A stretch of 64,000 nucleotides of DNA from Cycas panzhihuaensis. Taxonomy: Eukaryota; Plantae; Cycadophyta. Positions 54,660 to 64,000 of the stretch are shown here, piece by piece; position 1 is the first letter of the stretch, and the number at the start of each line of letters is the position of its first letter. The position numbers and the translations under genes are program-made. The stretch is taken from NCBI GenBank assembly GCA_023213395.1, contig CM041465.1:124875741-124939740 (forward strand). Reading direction: 5' to 3'. Under the pieces are notes generated by a model. It did no database searches and was not told the origin of the DNA. It was given only the letters and a program-made list of their open reading frames with translations.

Positions 54660-55491
54660 TTTAGATTTGGGGGTTTTTTCACTCTAAGTTTATGTCTTAA
54701 GTTTAGGAGATGGTAGTTAGGGTCTTTTGCATAGATAAAGGCCACAAATTTATATACTTATATATTGTAAAAATATTTAGTTTTTAGTTTTTTAAATTTT
54801 GGAATAAAAAACTAGAAATTTACAACAGAAGTGTTCTTACAAGGAGCTTGGTTCTATTTCTTTGACATATATTATTCAACCCATATATGTGTGAGTATGT
54901 AGCTTGTGTTATTGCAAGTGCAGTGGTTATTTTATTATTAAAATAAGAAGTTTCTAGCATCCCTTTATTGAGAAAATTTATAGATATACTGGTAAAAATC
55001 CTAGCATAGAAGGGTTTACTTACTTATTAAGTGGTTATGCGGCATATTGCTTAGGGTTTATTATGCTATTTTAGCTATTAGTAGGTGCACACACTAAGCC
55101 TATTCTCTTGTTGAGAGATTAAAACCCTCATTGAGGACTAATGTAAAATTGGATGGGTTTGTTAATATATGACTATTTTATCACTAGTTCTAACTTGTAT
55201 GGTCTTATTGCTTATTGGATAATTTTGCCATGATATTATAATTTCATATTATAACCTCTATTTATAAGAAAAATGATCATGGGTTTTGGTTAGGCATGAA
55301 TGAACTCAATATTTTATAGCCATTTTTCTTCATGAAAAAAGCATGTTTTCTCACATTTAATGCTTCAAGTGAGGCTACCATATAGTGGGGATCTTAGATA
55401 TGCAATTAGATTTGTATTTAGTAGTTCCTTTGATGAGATATTTTGATCATAAATAAGGGTTTTTATCATTATTTTCATGCACCTCTCCACG

Positions 55492-55496
<5 letters not shown>

Positions 55497-55538
<42 letters not shown>
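55497..55538. repeat. Poly(T) tract, 42 nt
   Basis: Directly visible in the sequence. Confidence 0.97.
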
Positions 55539-55542
<4 letters not shown>

Positions 55543-56999
55543 GCTTCTAAACTTTAGGATTATATTAAACTTGTTTGAAATATATTTTGAGGTTTGCATA
55601 ATCCCTGGAGAGGCCACACGGGCGTTTCTTATAACCAAGAGTTAATTACAAAATGGTCAAAATTTATATATTTTTATTTTGTTAAAATGTTTATGTTTAG
55701 TAAAATATCAATATCTCCTTTATATGATGTTAGAATTTAGTTATATTTATTGCATTAGAAAGATGCTTCGTATACCTTCATAAAAAATGGTCACATGTTA
55801 TATTTTAGATAATATTCATGGTAGTTTTAATAGGTTGAATTTTTAACTTTAATATGATAGGCTATTATATAAGCTAAAATTTAAGTTTGTGCTTGAAAAA
55901 AGAAGTGTTTTATTACATGTTTCTTACTTAGATAACCATTTTGTAGGTTTGTTCCATGATGTAGTAAATAGGTGTTACCCCTTAAAGGAATAATAGCATC
56001 AAAATTTTGATATAATCCAAAGAAACATGCCTTTATAAACGAAGATTTGGGTATATGCACAAAGGCACTCATAGGGATGATCATTTATGTCTTCCTTGAG
56101 TAGGATATCATCTTAGTGATAAGGATACAAAACAAAGCTAGTATATTCTAGTGAAAATGCATGACAAGTTTTTAAGAGATATTTCTTGCAGTGCATTTAC
56201 CTACATGAGGATGGTTGAAATACTTCATTAAGAAAAAGATTCTCAGCATGGAAAGTTATCATATAAGAAAAGGAGTGGAAGGGCTTTATATTCTCATGAT
56301 TTTCTATTCTCGCAACCTCAATCCCCACATCAAACGCATTTCATGCTCTAAGATGGCTTTTAAGGGTTGATGCAAGAAAGTCATTTATGGGAAGACTAAG
56401 AGATTAAGTGATGGGCCCCTCTTCCTGTGATCACTTGTGTCCCTACTAATGATGGTCCCATAAGAAATACTTAAAGGAAACATGCGGCAAAATAATTATC
56501 AAGCATGTAGTTAGAATATAGGGAAAGGAATTTCCAATAACAAACTCACATGCTATTCTCTTGTGAAATGGCTTCATTTTGAAGATAAGTCAGAGGAAGA
56601 AGCTTCTAACCAAGAAGAACTGAAGTAAGAAAATGAACAAGTAATGTAAGATCATTCCTATGAACAACTTCCTTGTAGTGAGACCTTGATATGGATTTTA
56701 TTCTGATAAATGATCATCGAATAAGAAAAGAGATATGCAAGAGAAGGAATTTTCTTATACAACCAAAATCTGATGAACATGGGAATTAATGGTCACATAT
56801 GTAAAGATTAATACCATGTATGCAAGAATACCTATAACTTGTTAATCTTTCACTTTCATTCTTACATGTAATGAGTAACATTTAGATGAAAATTAGTGCA
56901 TAATGACGATTAAAGTTTTATGGAGCAAGATTTAGATCAATAATATATCATTTCTTAGTTATTTTTGTGGTGAGATAGAAGAACATTATAAACTTTAAG

Positions 57000-59900
57000 T
57001 GCACTCACTCAATTTATTTGAGCAAATAACAGAGGCAAAATGTTAATAATCAAGGATACCAAGGTAATCCTACATCACTCAAATGTTCAGATATATCATG
57101 ATAGCTAAATTAATAATGATGTTATGTGGCACTATAGTCTAGACATGGTTGCTTTAATCCCTAAAATATTCCCATGCCTAGAATTAATAGGGAAATTATC
57201 ATTATACATAGTCTAGGATGCCATATTAGTCTTGGGACTATGTCATTAGATCATCACTTCTTTGACCGCCTAATACTTCAAAAGAAGTTTCAAACTTGTA
57301 AGGCCAAATATAGCTTATGGCATAACAAAGTTATAAAAAATGGTCAGAAATGATAAGGAAATCAAAAAGAAATGGGAGATGGGAATATTAAGAAGCCTAA
57401 GAAGGTCATGAAGAGGAAAAGGCAAAGGGTAGAGCTATTTAAAGATGATAGAAAACTCTGGAATTCACTCTTGTCCTAGGATTTCAACTTTCAACTTTCA
57501 TGATGATACCCAGTTATACATAACACAAACCTTCATCATCTCAAAATTTTTAAGGAAGATTTTTTGCTAAATGTGGTGGAGATTTTGAGTCAAACCATTA
57601 TGAAAAAACTTTGTGGTATGCACCAAGGCACTTGATTTTTCATGACCTCTTATATGATTTGTGTAATACTCAAGATAATGGATGTTCTAGCTTTTATTCC
57701 TAAGCCTAAGACAAACAAAGTTGCCAATTAGTTTCAATATACAAAATCTTAGGAATAAAAAGTACCTTCTAATCCTTATACATGGGTGAAAGACTTTTAT
57801 AAGATAGTGATCATTAATCTACATCCCCTAATCAAAATAGATGAAGATGTGAAGCTTTGTTTAAGAGGCCAAGATGATGTCACTTATGCAGATTTTTATA
57901 TGTTCAAGGATTTTATTACAATCTGGCTAAATGATTTTAAAGGATTAACTTTTTATTTGCCAATATACTTTCTCCATTGACTATTCTACATGGAAATATA
58001 TAGATAAATATCATGTATTAGAGTTGTATTACATCTAGTAGTAAGGAAATCTCCTTTATGGTCTAAGGATCTATCTATTGGATATTAGGGCATAAGTATG
58101 TAGCCTGAGATCAAATTAGAGGGGAAGTAGTTAGGAGTTGGAAATTTCAAGAGAATGACCTCAAGATATTATGACCTCAATGGAGTTATAGTAAGTTATA
58201 TGAAGGTAATTAAAATGAAACCCAAAGTTCATCAATCTGATGGCCTAGAAACTTTTACAAATCAAGATGATAAGGACAAGATGCAATTGTATAACCCCAT
58301 GTTTTATCAAGATGCTACATCATCCATTAGTTCACCAGAAGGGATAGAAACAATAGAAGTAATGGCAAGGTAAGCAAAATAATGTGGGAAAGGGAAAGCA
58401 CCTAAAGAATCAAGTAATAAAGAGATTGTTTCCAAAGAGTTAGTTACATAAAACACTTTTAATATAGAAATAAAAGACTGCGAAAGCTTTTAATATAAAT
58501 GAGACTCAAGCAATGGCAACCCTTACTATGGAGCATATAGAGGAACATCATAAAATGCCCCCAACACCTAGATTTTGATACATTTATAACTATATTTCAA
58601 CCACCAAAGTAAGACTCTTCAGCATGATAAGGAGGTACAAGGGAGGTAGAACACACAAGAGATGAATTAGGGCATGCACCCGAAATACAAGAGAAAGGTA
58701 TTGATATAATTACAACTCCAATCAATCCTATTATAGACGAGATGATAACCTATATTGAAATTTATCTCCTCAACAAGGAGATCATATAGGCTCTTAAAAT
58801 AGCCTTATCTCCTCAATAACAATTCTATGTAGTAAATATTATTAAAAGGATAGTGGAAGTTGAGGGCCTAAAAGGAGGAAAAGTTACCAGTGATATACAA
58901 TAAATGTTATAAGAGGTAGAATATTCTCTAAAGGATATTAAAATAACCATCATAAATGAGGAAGGAATTTATAAGGAGACTTATAAAGGAAAAAAAGACT
59001 CATAATCCATAGTCTGGATACTTGCCATCATCCTTGAAGTTTACCATGGAAGAAATTGATCCCAGACTCAAAACAACATAGGAAATTAATGAAACACCTT
59101 TAATTAGTCATGAGAGGGAGACATAAATAAACTCATAGATAATAGAATAAATTATGAATAGAATATTGAATCTCACTCTTAACTCATCCATAACTTTTAA
59201 TGAAGAAGATGAAGTGAGATTTTATCAATGGGATAGAAAGGAAATGAGTGTTAAGAACTATATATGGTTATTAGCCAAGTGCTGAAGGATAAGGTCTTGG
59301 AACTCTAAATTTAACTACAGTAGATGATGAAAGAAAATGCTATAATATGAGAAGTAAATTAGAAAATAGATAAAATGAAAGACACCTGATAAAATTTTAA
59401 AGGAATTATTTCAAGACCAAACAGACATTGGGACAAATAAGTGGATCAATTGGATAAAAATATTCAAGAAGTTAATGAAACTAAACTCAATGTATATAGA
59501 AAATATTTTCATGGAGAAAGACCTCTTATGACCCTATTCTTAGATATTTTTTCTAGAAAAATTATTACTTACATAATAGAGTTCAAAATTTAAAGACTTC
59601 AGTGCCTAAACTCCAAAATACATATGTCATGGAGTCATAACATAAAGGTGAATTCACTAAGTTTTAAAGGAAGGCAATATCAGGAACCACACAAGACAAA
59701 AAATATATATTAGTTCTATTCTAAAGTGGCATCATATATTAAAATCAAGAATCAATTAATGCAAGAAAATAATTCTTATTTTGGAGGGTCTTGAGAAGAT
59801 TTTGAATGACATATCAATAGAATTCTTTTCATTTCATTTCATTGGCATATCTACATTAAAACAAAGATCCATAATGGAATATGCTAGCAACCAAAGAGAT

Positions 59901-60300
59901 GGATCAAAGGAGGCAATAGTTTAATTCAATGACTATAGAGGAGACTAAATAATGGACTACAATAGTATGGGATTGCAGTAAATAATAGATTTTACTAAAA
60001 AATTTGATAGATTCCCAAGAATGCAAACCAGATGAGATTAGAGAAAAGCTTTGTATCAAAGAGGGACATCTTAAAATCGTCAACCCTTCGATTCTACAGA
60101 TCATGTACTCTCATGTTGACATTGGCACTAAAGAGACTTCTACAACTGTCGAACAATAGGATTAAATGTTATTATCACATGATGTTAATAGCTAACCATT
60201 CCTTCTATTATCTGAATATATTTTATACAACTTTACCAAGATCGAGGGTCCTTGTAACCACTACATTATTTGTATAAATGGAAAGATCGACTTATGTGCA
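57000..60300 (+). pseudogene. Decayed large ORF of unknown function inside F (retrotransposon extra-ORF-like)
   Basis: Coding-like segments PKIFPCLELI, LNVVEILSQ, FFMTSYMI, FYLPIY..LFYME and RYYDLNGVI, followed by an acidic/coiled-coil-like tail. No gag or pol motifs recognised. Confidence 0.5.
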
Positions 60301-63289
60301 ATAGTTAGAAATATATTATTACTTTAAGCTCTATAAAAGGAAACTAATCAAAAAGAGAAAGGGAGAGAGAGGATATAAAAGATAGAAGCATTAAATAAAG
60401 TGATCCTTTTGAGTATTTTTCTTATTATTTTTGTTTTTTCATTGTAAAAAATTTCAATGCAAAACTATTCCTCTTATATTATAAAGGAGAGTTCTAAATG
60501 AGGAGGATGCCTTTTTCTTCTAATAAGGGTTCATTTATAGAAAGAATTTAGGGATATAGATCAATTTACTTTTGAAGGGTTAGGGCTAATCACATCATTG
60601 CTAAAGACTTTAGCCTTAGATTATAATAGTTTTAATTCTTAATACTAAGGAAGATATATATTGAGGAGCTTTTATGGCACTTAATGTATTCTTTTCTTGT
60701 ATCTCTTTTTAATTGAATTAAAATTATCATTTCATATAGTCACATTGTTTTTCTTCTATGGATGAGATTTTTTCCCTTAAGGGTAGCAATGTTGTTATAA
60801 TGGTATGAGATGAGCATTCAACATATCCTCAAAATCATGGGAACTTTTCTTATTTTGAATTTTTAAAGTATTCATATTTAAGTGGTTGTATAATAATAAT
60901 TCCTTATTAATGAGAATAAGATACTCGTTAAGGCTTTCTAGTTATATGTTATTCTTATTTTAAATGGGTTCCCTTTATCAACATCCATAGGATTTACAGC
61001 CAACCCTTATATATTTTGCATGTCAACAGTTTCAAGAGTATTACTAAAAAAAATATCTAATAGTAGTGTTTGTTTGCTAATATTCATATATCATTCATAG
61101 ATCTATATCTTAAGGTCTGTAGACTAGGCAAAGTCAGATATAGATTCTAGGAAATACCTTCATAGAGTCCCTTATTAAGTTTAATTCCTTATATCTAGTA
61201 ATTCTTGAGAGGATTCATAGATCCAATTAAGGATTTTATCTATTTAAATATCCCTATAAGTGTTATTGTGTTATGCAACCTTAATCATATTAACCATTAA
61301 AGCACCACCAATGGGTTTACCAAATTATCACATCTAATATTTTATAAGCAAAAACAATAAGGCTATGGTTTTTTTACTTGAATTTTCTCCTCAAGTTATA
61401 AGAGGACTAGAAATGGGTAAAATGAGAGCATGTGAAAGTTGTTTTAGAGGTAAATATTAGTGAACCATATATGCAAAGACCATTCTATAAGATTAATAGC
61501 TATAACAACTAGTTACCTAAGTGCATTAATAGATGTTTAACTTTCATATAGACCCAACATTATAATTGAAATAGCTGTGTGATAAGGATTAAATATTAAG
61601 GGAGGGATATTGGAAAATGTCTAATAAAATATTTTAATAAGGTGATGTATTCCTTCTTTGATGTGTATTAAGGGGTCATAGTGCATATATTTCTTCATGT
61701 ATTTGATCATTAGTTGGCCATATGGCTTTTGGTTTATGATTAGATATCTATAAGGTGGCATGTATGTATAAATATATATGATATTTTATAATACAAGTGG
61801 AGATGATAACTTTTCATAAGTATATTGTGTTGTGTATTGTATATATTATTTATCTATTTATTACACTTATATAACTTCATAATCTTAATGTCTTTGATAT
61901 TAGCTCTATATAATATCAAATCATAAGTATAGAATTTTTAATAACCTTTTAGACAACATAACTAAGATATTAAAAGACTTATATAATATTGAAGAGGAAT
62001 TATTTTTCACTAGGAATGAAATGAGATATAGAAAAATAAGTATTTTGGTGTTTACCATGTTAAAACATAAAAATAGAGCATAAACACCCTACTAAATTGG
62101 TTCAACCATTAAAGACTCCATCACAAAAGTAGAAAATTATTTATATTGATTTTATCACCAAGTTACCTTTAAGCAAGAAGAATGATAATTAGATGATAGA
62201 GGTAATCAATGAACTCACAAAGTCTACACACTTTATTCTTGTATAATTGATGCACTAAGCAATCAATAAAGTTTTTGTCTTCATAAAGAAAGTGATACAA
62301 TTACATTCGATACCAAAAGAAATTATTATGGATAGGGATATGAGACTTGCTTCCTAATTTTGGCAAGAGTTTTTCAAGGAATTAAGCATTAAGCTAAAGT
62401 TAAATATAGCTATGACCTCAAGATAAACATACAAACAAAATTAGTAAATTGAATAGTTAAAGATATATGGTAAATGTATGTGGTATAAAAATTGACCTAA
62501 TGGGAAGAATATTTACACCTAATTAAGTTTGTCTATAATAAAAGCTACTATATCTTGATAAACATAAGTCCATTTGAAGCATTATATGGGCATAAGTGCA
62601 ATACAACAGTAAATTAGGATAATATAGAAAACCAATGTATAATTAGCTCGAAAATATTGTAGGAGATGGAGAAGCAAGTTATCAACATAAAAAAGCACTT
62701 GAAGGTAATACAAAATTAATAAAAATGATACTATGACTCATAGAGAATAACCAAAACACTTAAAACATTAAAAACCATGTGCTCCTACACATTAGGACAA
62801 AGCAAAGTTCCCTAAAATTAAGCAAATGCTAAAAGGAATAGGACCAATTACACAAACACTTGCATTACCTCCTAATATAAATATATATATTGTCTTTAAT
62901 GTTTTATTATTAAAAGAATATGTATATGATTCTAATCATATTATTCATTAGTCTGTCATTCAGATGGAATTAGGGGCATAATTTGAAGTGGAAGACACAC
63001 AAGTACTAGATTGCAAGATGAAAGTACTATAGAACTAAGCCATCGAATAAGTATAATAGAGATATATAACACCTAAAGAAGCCACTTGGGAACTTGCCAA
63101 AGCCATGTAGTAGTACTATCTTCATTTATTCACATGATAAGCTACATCAAGGATGGTGTTATCTTTAAGAGGAGGAATGTAGTAGCCCAACTTAGGCACC
63201 TTGTACACCTCGTTTACATTAGTATTATCCTCATTTATTCACATGACAATCTACATCAAAGATGATACTTTCTCTAAGGGGAGGAGGAA

Positions 63290-63580
63290 TATAATAGCCT
63301 AATTTAGGCACCTTGCACGTCTCATTTGCATATTTTATTATGACCCTCCTTATCTGCTAATTAATTATTTAATTATCAAGGAAGAGATACCTTAAATGGT
63401 TGTAACTATTTATGAAAGGACCATATTATGTACATATATATAAACCTTCAATTGTAACAATCATCATCACTTCTCTTTGATCAATTAATTGTTAATATAC
63501 TTTCAAGAATGTGTGTGCTCTCACTTACTCTTTGAAACCTAAAAATTACTTCTAGCTAATTACAAGCAAGGTTCATAACA
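63290..63580 (+). repeat. LTR flanked by a PPT upstream and an iMet PBS downstream
   Basis: AAGGGGAGGAGGAA, then TA(=TG)TAATAGCC...TAACA, then ag TGATATTAGAGC (63583-63594). Confidence 0.8.
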
Positions 63581-64000
63581 AGTGATATTAGAGCATCACT
63601 TTTGGCACTATGGGCATTCTATTATGTGTTTTCATGTAATGAATTTGATAAGCATCTAACAAATTGGGCAAGGAGATAATAAATTATTACTACATTTTTG
63701 CTTAACCTCATGTTGAATCTTACACTACCATTAAAATCATATTCTATTAACTTCATCATCCATATATCATTCACTAAAATAAGATAAACATTTTATAGTT
63801 AAGAAATAGATATATCATTTCACTTGTGCACATATATATATATATTTGATCTCTATAAACAATCAATTTGGAGATGCATATATTATTTCACTTATACACA
63901 TATATAAATATATATCTAAGCTGGACAAACATCCTCTCTCTCTCTCTCTCTATATATATATATCAATTCCTCCATGATATTATAAATCATTGCATTACAA

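Larger units (their letters stand above)
46230..55468 (+). mobile_element. CRM-like chromovirus G lacking RT; interrupted by H
   Basis: 5' LTR TGATG...CATCA at 46230-46852 with a decayed PBS. The 3' LTR starts TGAT at 54278 after PPT AAGTAGGGGAGGA, and pol runs into it (ESSSFQVGEDD). The right end at 55468 (TSD TTATA/TTATT) is tentative. Confidence 0.82.
45315..61943 (+). mobile_element. Short-LTR element F (non-autonomous, Copia-like ends), TSD ACC(C/T)T; contains G and H
   Basis: LTRs at 45315-45647 and 61608-61943, decayed PBS at 45648-45659, PPT TAAGGGAGGGA. Removing F rejoins the element I integrase. A RGL...ACESCFRGK fragment lies at ~61405-61453. Confidence 0.85.
44430..63580 (+). mobile_element. 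5'-truncated Tekay-like chromovirus (element I: RH-INT-chromodomain-PPT-LTR), split by F
   Basis: RH at 44430-44880 (PILTLP, DASRKGIG, NYFVHDLEL, LRIDH). The INT N-terminus EAHDT breaks at 45314 and resumes at 61949 (DFITKLP, YNKSY, SPFEALYGHKC). Chromodomain at ~62980-63135 (EATWE). Confidence 0.85.

Noticed and set aside
55497-55640. Poly(A) tail of a SINE or retrocopy on the minus strand
   Set aside because: No Pol III A/B boxes or TSD were recognised.
625-60277. Short ORFs in the supplied track as host genes
   Set aside because: They are fragments or antisense shadows of retroelement frames, or low-complexity runs. No host domain or exon structure was recognised.

Overview
This window is eukaryotic (plant-type) intergenic DNA made almost entirely of old, nested, decayed LTR retrotransposons. 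I see no intact host gene, RNA gene or CRISPR array. Left to right it contains: (1) a Tat/Ogre-like Ty3/Gypsy on the minus strand (~383-12237); (2) full-length Copia A (13313-20183, TSD AAGAT); (3) minus-strand chromovirus B (~21.4-32.5 kb), interrupted in its integrase by Copia C (23197-28404); (4) a second Tat-like element E (~33.6-43 kb), interrupted in its RT by gag-only LTR element D (36008-39361, TSD AATGA); and (5) a four-level nest, Tekay-like I > short-LTR element F (45315-61943) > CRM-like G (46230-~55468, RT deleted) > element H. The most unusual object is H (48611-52119). It has a perfect 5-bp TSD (CAAAG), but its two complete 350-bp LTRs are inverted, with both U3 ends facing outward, around PBS-leader-gag-truncated protease and no PPT. 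All retroelement reading frames are broken, mostly by C>T/G>A changes that also hit non-CpG sites such as the LTR TG/CA termini. Boundaries and identities were read by eye, and lineage names are motif-based rather than from database searches.
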